DNA of 11,368 bases from Archangium sp. (GTDB taxonomy: Bacteria; Myxococcota; Myxococcia; Myxococcales; Myxococcaceae): positions 1-11,368 of the forward strand of contig JANLPS010000207.1 of the NCBI GenBank assembly GCA_031367385.1, given 5' to 3'. Below, piece by piece: positions 1 to 8,803 of the stretch. A program made the position numbers and the translations under genes. Under the pieces are notes generated by a model that saw only the letters and a list, made by a program, of their open reading frames with translations, made no database searches and was not told the origin of the DNA. Position 1 is the first letter of the stretch. Each line of letters begins with the position of its first letter.

Positions 1-2
1 TC

Positions 3-791
3 GACATTCGCAACCTCTTCATCAGCTATACCGACCGCGACGGCAACACCGTACAGGCCGTCGACGACGTGAACCTGACTGTCGCGAACAAGCCCGGAGT
101 CGGCGAGCTGGCGGTGTTCTTGGGCCCCTCGGGCTGCGGCAAGAGCACCGTGCTCAAGGCCGCGGCGGGGCTGCTGCAACCCGACTCGGGTACCATTCTC
201 ATCGACGGCCAAGCGGTCTCGGGCACGGGTCGCGACCGCGGCATGGTCTTTCAGAGCTACACGAGCTTTGCCTGGCGCACCGTGCTCGGCAACGTGGAGT
301 ACGGCCTCGAGCTGCAAGGCGTCGCCAAAGCCGAGCGCCGTCAGCAAGCTCTGGCCATCATCGAACAGGTGGGCCTCAAAGACTTCGCCAACGCGCTGCC
401 CAAGCAGCTGTCGGGCGGCATGAAACAACGCGTCGCCATTGCCCGCACGGTCATCAACAAGCCAAAGCTGATCTTGATGGATGAGCCGTTCGGCGCGCTC
501 GACCCGCAGACGCGCTGGGGCATGCAGGCGCTGCTTCTCGACGTGCTGCGAACTCAAGACAACACGGTGCTGTTCGTCACCCACGACGTCGAAGAGGCGG
601 TGTTCCTCGCCGACGTCATCTTCGTGCTCTCGCAACGGCCGGCCAAAGTGCTGCACCGCATCGAGGTGCCCTACTTCGAGTCGCGCGACCCGAAGATCAA
701 GCAGAGCCCCGAGTTTCACCGCGTGGTGACGCACGTGCTCGATCAATTGCAGGCGCTCAACGTGAAGGGCAACATTCGACTGGGGCTATGA
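3..791 (+). CDS. ABC transporter ATP-binding protein, NitT/TauB/SsuB family (5'-truncated by window edge)
   Basis: Walker A GPSGCGKST, Q-loop VFQ, signature LSGGM, Walker B LILMDE, DEPFGALD and H-switch VTHD are all present. The frame is open and protein-like from nt 3 (DIRNLFISYTDRDGNTVQAVDDVNL), so the GTG at 69 is probably internal. Stop TGA at 789-791. Confidence 0.93.
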   Translation, partial: DIRNLFISYTDRDGNTVQAVDDVNLTVANKPGVGELAVFLGPSGCGKSTVLKAAAGLLQPDSGTILIDGQAVSGTGRDRGMVFQSYTSFAWRTVLGNVEYGLELQGVAKAERRQQALAIIEQVGLKDFANALPKQLSGGMKQRVAIARTVINKPKLILMDEPFGALDPQTRWGMQALLLDVLRTQDNTVLFVTHDVEEAVFLADVIFVLSQRPAKVLHRIEVPYFESRDPKIKQSPEFHRVVTHVLDQLQALNVKGNIRLGL

Positions 792-1630
792 GCGACGACC
801 GCGGTGGGCCGAACTATTTGAAGGCGGCGTTTCTCAACGTCTACAACCTGTCGTTGCTGGGCGGAGCCTCGGTCGCCGCCGCCGCCACCGGTGACTGGTT
901 GATTCTCGCTGGAGCCACCGCGCTCGAGGCCCTCTGGCTGGTGCTGGGCGCCGACTTCAAGCCGTTTCAGCGCGCCGTTCGCGAGGCTGATCGACAGGCG
1001 CGAGACAAGGCTGATCGCGAGCGGGTCGACAAGCTGATGTCAGAGCTGAACGAGCGCGAATGGCAACGCGCCAAGGCCCTCGATGAGCTGCGCCGAGAGA
1101 TCGAGCGCGACATGCAGAACAACACCGCGTTTCAGGCGATCTTGCTGCAGAGCGAGCTCGACAAGCTCTCGAAGCTGCACCAGAGCTTCGTGAAGCTGGC
1201 CACCTCGTGCAAGCGCGCCGAGACGTACCTGCAGGCGATCGACACCCGAGAGCTCGAGCGCAACCTGGCCGCGCAGAAGTCGCTCGCTGACAAGACTGAT
1301 CAGCCCGACATTCGCTCGCTGGCCGAGAAGAACGCCACCGTGCTCGAGAAGCGGCTGGCGACGATTCGAGACATCACCAATTTCTTGGCGCGGGCACGCG
1401 GGCAGATGAACTTGATCGAGAACTCGATTCGGTTGCTGCGAGATCAGGCGCTCACCATGGCCAGCCCCGAGCAGCTCACCGAGCAGCTCGACGATTTGCT
1501 CACTGGCGTCGACGCGGTTCAGCAGTCAGCGAAAGACCAAGAAGCGATTCTGTCGAACACCTACGAGCCGATCGCGCCGGTCACCGACGATTCAGACCCG
1601 ACCAGCGCGCGGTTCACCCGGGTTCGCTGA
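788..1630 (+). CDS. Hypothetical membrane-anchored coiled-coil protein
   Basis: ATGA overlap with the ABC ATPase stop. Two N-terminal hydrophobic segments (LSLLGGASVAAAATG / WLILAGATALEALWLVLG) are followed by a long E/R/L/Q-rich helical region. Strong GC3 bias. Confidence 0.85.
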   Translation: MSDDRGGPNYLKAAFLNVYNLSLLGGASVAAAATGDWLILAGATALEALWLVLGADFKPFQRAVREADRQARDKADRERVDKLMSELNEREWQRAKALDELRREIERDMQNNTAFQAILLQSELDKLSKLHQSFVKLATSCKRAETYLQAIDTRELERNLAAQKSLADKTDQPDIRSLAEKNATVLEKRLATIRDITNFLARARGQMNLIENSIRLLRDQALTMASPEQLTEQLDDLLTGVDAVQQSAKDQEAILSNTYEPIAPVTDDSDPTSARFTRVR

Positions 1631-1636
1631 CCGTTC

Positions 1637-1650
1637 TTACCCATCGTCAA
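1637..1650. promoter_or_regulatory. Candidate Crp/Fnr-type operator (TTACC-CATC-GTCAA) upstream of the DUF2141 gene
   Basis: Imperfect TTGAC-N4-GTCAA palindrome (right arm perfect, left arm 3/5) in an intergenic region, with a Crp/Fnr gene nearby. Confidence 0.3.
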
Positions 1651-1687
1651 CGACCCGCTCGTCGCGGCACGAGAGAACACCCGACGT

Positions 1688-1718
1688 CACCAAGGCACTT
1701 TCGCCTCGGTGTTTGATT
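1688..1718. terminator. Intergenic stem-loop, possible intrinsic terminator
   Basis: CACCAAGGC(1688-1696)-ACTTTC-GCCTCGGTG(1703-1711) followed by TTTGATT. There is one A-C mismatch on the + strand, which becomes a G-U pair on the - strand. Confidence 0.4.
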
Positions 1719-1729
1719 CGAGGTTTCTC

Positions 1730-2203
1730 ATGGTTCGATATTTCTTCGTTGTGGTGGTGATCGCGCTGACCGCTTGCCGCGCCGCCCCCAAGGCCCCTCG
1801 GCAGTCACTGCCGGTGCAGCTGCTGCCCGAAAACGCGGCCACGCCAGGTACCCTCACGGTGCGGGTGCTGCACATTCCCTCCGTCGAAGGCGTGCTGTAC
1901 GTCGAGCTGTACGACCAGGCCACGTACTTCGAGTACGACAAGGTGTTGAACGAGCAGATCGTGCCCGTCACCGACACCACGATGAGCATCACCCTCGAGC
2001 ACGTGCCCGCGGGGCGGTACATCATCGCCGGCTCGCATGACCCCAACGACAATCACGAGCTCGACACGGGCGCCTTCGGAGTGCCGACCGAGGCCTACGG
2101 TTTTTCTCGAGATGCCCGAGGGGTCTTCGGGCCGCCTGATTTTGCAGCCGGCGCCTTCGACTTCGATGGCACCAGCGCGGTGCTCGAGCTCACCTTGCGT
2201 TGA
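1730..2203 (+). CDS. DUF2141 domain-containing protein, predicted lipoprotein
   Basis: Family motif GRYIIAGSHDPNDNHELDTGAFGVPTEAYGFSRDARGVFGPPDF. ATG 1730 is preceded by GAGG (1720-1723) and gives the signal MVRYFFVVVVIALTAC with lipobox LTAC, so it is preferred over GTG 1709. Confidence 0.88.
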   Translation: MVRYFFVVVVIALTACRAAPKAPRQSLPVQLLPENAATPGTLTVRVLHIPSVEGVLYVELYDQATYFEYDKVLNEQIVPVTDTTMSITLEHVPAGRYIIAGSHDPNDNHELDTGAFGVPTEAYGFSRDARGVFGPPDFAAGAFDFDGTSAVLELTLR

Positions 2204-2778
2204 CCTTTCGCCAACCGGGCGCGAATGCGACTGAGCGACTCGGGGGTGACTCCGAGCCAGCGCGCGAGCACGTACTGCGGCACGCGCTGAATCAAGTCGG
2301 GCCGCCGGGCAGCGAGTGACCGGTACCGCACACTTGGGTCTTCGGTGAGCAACGAGCCCGCCCGATGCACCGCACCCACGAACTGGCGCTCGGCGATTTT
2401 TCGGCCCAGCCGATCGACGCCGGGCAGCGCATCGTAGAACGCCAGCAGCGACTCCCTCGACAGGGTCGACACCCGGCACGGCTCGAGCGCCATGATCTCG
2501 ACCGTCGAGGGCTGCTCGGTCAGAAAGCTCACGTAGTCGGTCGCGAAGTCACCTTCGGCGAACAAATCGCAGCTGGCCTGGCGCGCGGAGTCGGGCGACT
2601 GCGAGACCAGCACACCCCGGGTGACGAACGAGAGCTCGGTGCAGACTTGGCCCGCGAGCAATAACCGCTCGTCACGCACCAGGTGGCGTTCGCGAAACGC
2701 CGAGAGCACCTTCGCCAGCACCGGAGCGCTGAGCGGAGCGACCTGGGCGAGCACCTCCGAGAGGCTCGGAGGGGTCAT
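2095..2778 (-). CDS. Crp/Fnr family transcriptional regulator (cNMP-binding domain + HTH)
   Basis: cNMP-like N-terminus (LLLAGQVCTELSFVTRGVL...FAEGDF...SFLTEQPS...IMALEP) and C-terminal RY...PDLIQRVPQYVLARWLGVTPESLSRIR HTH. The start is coupled (ATGA) to the upstream OmpA gene stop. Confidence 0.92.
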   Translation of the reverse strand: MTPPSLSEVLAQVAPLSAPVLAKVLSAFRERHLVRDERLLLAGQVCTELSFVTRGVLVSQSPDSARQASCDLFAEGDFATDYVSFLTEQPSTVEIMALEPCRVSTLSRESLLAFYDALPGVDRLGRKIAERQFVGAVHRAGSLLTEDPSVRYRSLAARRPDLIQRVPQYVLARWLGVTPESLSRIRARLAKGQRKVSSSTALVPSKSKAPAAKSGGPKTPRASREKP

Positions 2779-3956
2779 TGCTCGGTGATGTTGAACTCGG
2801 TGCGGCGGTTCTCTGCCCGGCCCGAGGCGGTCGAGTTCGAGGCGACGGGGCGGGTCTCACCGAAGCCGACCGACTCCATGCGGCCGGGGTCGACGCCCAG
2901 CTTGATCAACGCCGAGACGACCGAGTCGGCCCGCGCCTGCGAGAGCTTCAGGTTCTTCGCGTCGTCGCCGACCGAGTCGGTGTGGCCCTCGACGCGCACC
3001 TTCTTGATGCGCGGCGTGTCTTTGAGGGCCTGGGCGACTTCTCCGATGATCTGGTTGCTCAAGCTGCCGACGATCTTCGCGCTGCCGGTGGCGAAGTTGA
3101 TCTGCTTCTTGATCTCGATGCGTTCTTTGGTCACCGCGACGAGCGAGTACTTCTTCGGGCAGCCTTTGTTGTCGGGCGGGCCGAAGTCGTTCGGGCAATC
3201 GTCTTGGGTGTCGGGCACGCCATCGCTGTCGTTGTCGAGATCAGGGCACCCGTCTTGATCTTGGTACCCATCTTTGTCTTCGGGCTCGTTGGGGCACTGA
3301 TCTTTGTCGTCTGAGATGCCGTCGCCGTCTTTGTCGGTGATCGGGCACCCGAAGTTTTGAATCGGCCCGGCTTCGTTCGGGCATTTGTCGGCGGTGTCCA
3401 TCACGCCGTCGCTGTCGTTATCGAGCTCGGGGCACCCGTCTTCGTCTTGAAAGCCGTCGAGGTCTTCGGGTTGGTCGGGGCAGCGGTCGACGCCGTCGGG
3501 CACGCCGTCGCCGTCGCGGTCTTTGGGCGCCTCGACCGGGCAGCCCTTGTTCTCGGGAGGCCCCGGCAAGCGCGGGCAGGCGTCGTCGCGGTCGAGTACG
3601 CCGTCTCCGTCGCCGTCGGTCTCTTCGATCTTCACCACCAGCTGCGGCTGCTCTTTGACCAGCACCTGTCGCGGCGCGCAGTCTTTCGACAACGAAAGAG
3701 CCTTCTTCGAGCTCACGTCGGCGATGCCGATGTGATCATGGGCGCGCGTCGCGTTGCCTTCGTCGAGCTCACCCAAGGCGAAGTCGAGGTTCGCCTCGGC
3801 GGTGGCCAGCTCTTTGGGAGCGCATCGCATCGCGCCAGAGCGACGGGCGCGCTCGAGGTCGGTGCGAATCACGTCGGCGCTGGCTCGAATCGCGGCGCCG
3901 CTGTAGCAGGCCGAGAGCGCGAGAAACATCAGGGGCGTGGCGTGTGCGATTCTCAC
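2775..3956 (-). CDS. OmpA family lipoprotein with N-terminal DUF4398-like helical domain and thrombospondin type 3 (Ca-binding) repeats
   Basis: Lipobox LSAC. Helical segment GAMRCAPKELATAEANL resembles DUF4398. DxDxDGxxDxxDxCP repeats follow. OmpA_C motifs INFATGSA, VEGHTDSVG, NLKLSQARA, GFGETRP, NRRTEF. The GTG start overlaps the upstream stop (GTGA). Confidence 0.93.
   Translation of the reverse strand: MRIAHATPLMFLALSACYSGAAIRASADVIRTDLERARRSGAMRCAPKELATAEANLDFALGELDEGNATRAHDHIGIADVSSKKALSLSKDCAPRQVLVKEQPQLVVKIEETDGDGDGVLDRDDACPRLPGPPENKGCPVEAPKDRDGDGVPDGVDRCPDQPEDLDGFQDEDGCPELDNDSDGVMDTADKCPNEAGPIQNFGCPITDKDGDGISDDKDQCPNEPEDKDGYQDQDGCPDLDNDSDGVPDTQDDCPNDFGPPDNKGCPKKYSLVAVTKERIEIKKQINFATGSAKIVGSLSNQIIGEVAQALKDTPRIKKVRVEGHTDSVGDDAKNLKLSQARADSVVSALIKLGVDPGRMESVGFGETRPVASNSTASGRAENRRTEFNITEQ
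3156..3617 (-). repeat. Intragenic thrombospondin type 3 repeat array including a 186-nt (62-aa) tandem duplication
   Basis: Five DxDxDG..D..D.CP units plus two EDxDGxQDxDGCP units. The unit starting DRDGDG (3521) recurs as DKDGDG (3335). Confidence 0.85.
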
Positions 3957-4282
3957 TGACCTGGCACCTCGGGTGCGGCCGCCGGCTCTGAACGCTTGCC
4001 GACCTTGATCGCCGAGTCACGGGCGCGGGTGGCGAAGTCGACCGCCTTCTTCGCGTAGTCGACGGCCTGCTCGAACTCGGAGTACCCGACCTCCTCTTTC
4101 GCCTTGTGCCAATAGAGGTTGGCCGACGTCCACTCATAGGGGGCGAGCTTCTCGGCCTGGGCGGTTCTCGCCGCGTCGAGCATGGTCTCGGCGTCGACCA
4201 GGTAGGCAGTCGACTGAACCGGGCCGCACGAAAGGCCCGCCACCACTGCCGCGCTGATCACCAAGTACCGGGCCAAGACCAT
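3953..4282 (-). CDS. DUF4398 domain-containing lipoprotein
   Basis: ATG 4282 gives the signal MVLARYLVISAAVVAGLSC (lipobox GLSC). Motif DAETMLDAARTAQAEKLAPYEWTSANLYWHKAKEE...AVDYAKKA. Lies directly upstream of, and coupled to, the OmpA gene. The ORF-track TTG at 4321 is probably too far upstream. Confidence 0.85.
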   Translation of the reverse strand: MVLARYLVISAAVVAGLSCGPVQSTAYLVDAETMLDAARTAQAEKLAPYEWTSANLYWHKAKEEVGYSEFEQAVDYAKKAVDFATRARDSAIKVGKRSEPAAAPEVPGQ

Positions 4283-4388
4283 GAGGGTGGGGAAGGTCTC
4301 ATGGGCCTTGTGGAGGGTCAATCTTCTGGAATCACTGGCGCTTGCGCCTTTTTCGGCCCGGGGCTATCGGAGAAGGTGGTTCACGTAT

Positions 4389-4418
4389 TTGAAGTCAAGT
4401 CCCCTTCGTTCCTAGAGT
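4389..4418 (+). promoter_or_regulatory. Candidate sigma70-type promoter TTGAAG-N18-TAGAGT for the 4428 operon
   Basis: TTGAAG at 4389-4394 and TAGAGT at 4413-4418, in a lower-GC divergent intergenic region. Confidence 0.3.
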
Positions 4419-4427
4419 CAGGTCCTT

Positions 4428-4691
4428 ATGGCGTCCTCCAAATCGCACCTCCCGACTGGCTCGACTCCCTCAGGCCCTGGTGACCCGCGGCCGCGTGCGC
4501 AGATCTCGTACGAGGGCGAAGACGAATTCAGCACGATGTCGCTCGACCCTGATCGCCGCACGGCGCTCAAGGCGCGACAGAACTTGAAACCGGGCGCCCC
4601 CGGCGAGCGCGAAGAGGTGCAGGTCACCGAGCTGCGCGCGACCAACACCCAGGGCATCGTCGGGTTCTTGAGAAAAATCTTCGCGAAATGA
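4428..4691 (+). CDS. Small hypothetical protein with C-terminal amphipathic helix
   Basis: 87-aa ORF with GC3 bias, filling the gap before the DUF962 gene and overlapping its start (ATGA). Ends in GIVGFLRKIFAK. Confidence 0.7.
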   Translation: MASSKSHLPTGSTPSGPGDPRPRAQISYEGEDEFSTMSLDPDRRTALKARQNLKPGAPGEREEVQVTELRATNTQGIVGFLRKIFAK

Positions 4692-5056
4692 GCGCGAAAG
4701 CCATCACCACCTATGCGGCGTTCTGGCCTTTTTATCTTGGCGAGCACCGCGTGCGGTTGACCCGGGCGCTGCACTTCGTGGGCACCTCGTTGGCGGTGGT
4801 GGTGTTGGGGTTGACGGTGTGGTCAGGCAATTGGTGGCTGCTGCCGGTCGCGATCGTTCAGGGGTATGCGTGGGCCTGGGCCAGTCACTTCTTCGTCGAG
4901 AAGAACCGCCCGGCGACGTTCACCTACCCGGGCTGGTCGTTCATTTCTGATTGGCGCATGTGGGCGCTGATGCTGACCGGTCAGCTGAACGCCGAGCTCG
5001 AGAAGTACAACGTGCAGTCGAAGTCGGCCGCCGACGCGGTCTCTGCGACGCCGTAA
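4688..5056 (+). CDS. DUF962 / Mpo1-like membrane protein
   Basis: Family motifs FWPFYLGEH...TRALHFVGT, GYAWAWASHFFVEKNRPATFTYP and SFISDWRM. Confidence 0.92.
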   Translation: MSAKAITTYAAFWPFYLGEHRVRLTRALHFVGTSLAVVVLGLTVWSGNWWLLPVAIVQGYAWAWASHFFVEKNRPATFTYPGWSFISDWRMWALMLTGQLNAELEKYNVQSKSAADAVSATP

Positions 5057-5063
5057 CTTTTTC

Positions 5064-6560
5064 TTAAAACTGGCCGCTGAGCCCGACCGCTGCCCCGTGG
5101 GCGAGCGGCACCAGCATGACCGTTGGTGCCTGTGTCGGAGCGGGATGCCGGAAGAGCACGAGTGTCAGTACGCCCGCAGCGGCGACACCCGCGCCGACGC
5201 CGATCATCGTGAACGAGAGCGCCTGGTTCTGTTGCACCTTGGGGAGCAGTGAGACGGCCTCCTGGTACCCGGGGCTGCTGCGAGGTGGCAGGGCGCCGCT
5301 CGCGGTCAGGGTGGCGAGCCGAGCGCGGTCTGGCTCGCCCAGCGCGAGAGCGACGACTCCGACGAGGGCGCTCGCAGCGCCCGCCCCGAGCACGGAGAAC
5401 CCGATGACCTGGCTGACATGGCTCGTCGCTGGTGGCTGAGTGGTGGGCTCGGCGGCGACGGCCGCGAGAGGCGTTTGGGGCTGCGGCGCTTCGACCATCG
5501 GAGCCGCCTTCACCTCGACCGCCGGCTCAGGGTGGGCCGGCCCTTGCCCGCCGACGATGCCGTTGCCTTTGCCGGTGACGATGAAGTTCGCCAGCTCGTC
5601 GACGGGGCCCAGGTCGGTCAGCCCCGCTTGCACGCCGCCTTCTCGGTCTTTGACGCCCAGCCGCATAATCAACGCGCGGTAGAACGCAGGGCCGTCGCGA
5701 GGCTCTTTCCAAAAGACGACCAGCCGCTCGGCGCCGACGGCGTTGGCGAGCTTCTGGGCGATGCTCTCGGCCGGCGCGGTCGGGGTGAGCAGGCAGAGGG
5801 GCGTTTGCGGCAACAGCGCCCCCTCGAAGCCAAGGTCGATTTGCACGATGACGTCTTTGGGCAGCGTCACCAGGTGTGGAAATGACGTCTGCTCGCCGCT
5901 CGCCACCGTCACCCGGTAGGTGCCAGGGACCAGCTCGACCTTGAGCGGTGCTTTGCCCATCGCACGCCCGTCGATGAACACCTCGGCCCCCGGCGTGGTC
6001 AGCACCTGGAGCACCGACTTGCGCGCCTTGAGCTGATCTTTTCGCAGCACCTCGAAGGCCTCGCGCGCCGAGGGAGCGAAGAGATCTGGGTCGAGCTTGA
6101 AGCCGGCGTCGATTCGCAGCACCTGCCGAAACAGCTCGACCGATTCGGCCTTGCGATCGAGGTACTTGAGCGAAGTGCCTTGCAACAGCATCGCGTCGGC
6201 GATGATCGGCCAGGGCTTGACCTGCGGCGACATCTTCTCGAGCTCACTGAGGGCCTGACGTGCGAGCTCGAGCGCCCGCTCGGCTTGACCGGCGTAGTAC
6301 AGGGTTCGCGCTGACTCGACCTGGCGCTGCACGTCTTCGAGGCTCAACGCCGCCCGGGGCCGCAGCAACGAGAGCACCACGTCAGGCGCGTAGACCTCGT
6401 CATGCCAGCGCTGCTTGAGGGCTTCGTGAAAGGCGGCGGTGCCGGTGAGCAGGTCGGCGTTTCGGCAGTCGCCTGCCGCGACCACCACGGTCTTCGGAGC
6501 AGCCATGGCCACCGGCACGCCCGCCAACCCGACCAGCACCGCGACCGCGAACAATCTCAT
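5064..6560 (-). CDS. Secreted PEGA domain-containing protein with TPR-like helices and C-terminal hydrophobic hairpin
   Basis: ATG 6560 gives the signal peptide MRLFAVAVLVGLAGVPVAMA. TPR-like region, then PEGA motif VLTTPGAEVFIDGRAMGKAPLKVELVPGTYRVTV, a P/A-rich linker, two Gly-rich hydrophobic segments and the C-terminus AAVGLSGQF. Confidence 0.85.
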   Translation of the reverse strand: MRLFAVAVLVGLAGVPVAMAAPKTVVVAAGDCRNADLLTGTAAFHEALKQRWHDEVYAPDVVLSLLRPRAALSLEDVQRQVESARTLYYAGQAERALELARQALSELEKMSPQVKPWPIIADAMLLQGTSLKYLDRKAESVELFRQVLRIDAGFKLDPDLFAPSAREAFEVLRKDQLKARKSVLQVLTTPGAEVFIDGRAMGKAPLKVELVPGTYRVTVASGEQTSFPHLVTLPKDVIVQIDLGFEGALLPQTPLCLLTPTAPAESIAQKLANAVGAERLVVFWKEPRDGPAFYRALIMRLGVKDREGGVQAGLTDLGPVDELANFIVTGKGNGIVGGQGPAHPEPAVEVKAAPMVEAPQPQTPLAAVAAEPTTQPPATSHVSQVIGFSVLGAGAASALVGVVALALGEPDRARLATLTASGALPPRSSPGYQEAVSLLPKVQQNQALSFTMIGVGAGVAAAGVLTLVLFRHPAPTQAPTVMLVPLAHGAAVGLSGQF

Positions 6561-6636
6561 TGAAGGTTTTCCGCCCCTGCGCACAGACCTACTAGAGTCC
6601 CCGCGCCTTCTCAAAGACAGATGGGGCGTGCACGAG

Positions 6637-8763
<2,127 letters not shown>

Positions 8764-8772
8764 TCGTGACGA

Positions 8773-8803
8773 TTATAGTCATGAATATTATCGACATGAT
8801 TAT
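8773..8803. repeat. AT-rich inverted repeat between convergent genes (site 1); possible bidirectional terminator or protein-binding site
   Basis: ATAGTCATG(8775-8783)-N11-CATGATTAT(8795-8803). 27 of 34 nt in 8772-8805 are A/T. Same arm/spacer architecture as 11154-11180. Confidence 0.55.

Noticed and set aside
2200..2214. TTGAC-N5-GCCAA as a second Crp/Fnr box
   Set aside because: Spacing is wrong and it lies inside coding sequence.
3156..3617. Repetitive DNA (GCCGTCG..., GGGCACCCG) as a CRISPR array or DGR repeat
   Set aside because: Repeats are in-frame, degenerate at synonymous positions and encode TSP3 units. There are no constant-length spacers and no cas or reverse transcriptase gene.
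2775..3956. Myxobacterial TraB (outer membrane exchange) because of TSP3 + OmpA domains
   Set aside because: There is no N-terminal beta-barrel and no adjacent TraA-like gene; the N-terminus is a short helical lipoprotein domain.
4337..4353. GGCG-CTTG-CGCC-TTTTT terminator-like hairpin on + strand
   Set aside because: Only a 4-bp stem and no + strand gene upstream to terminate; may be chance.
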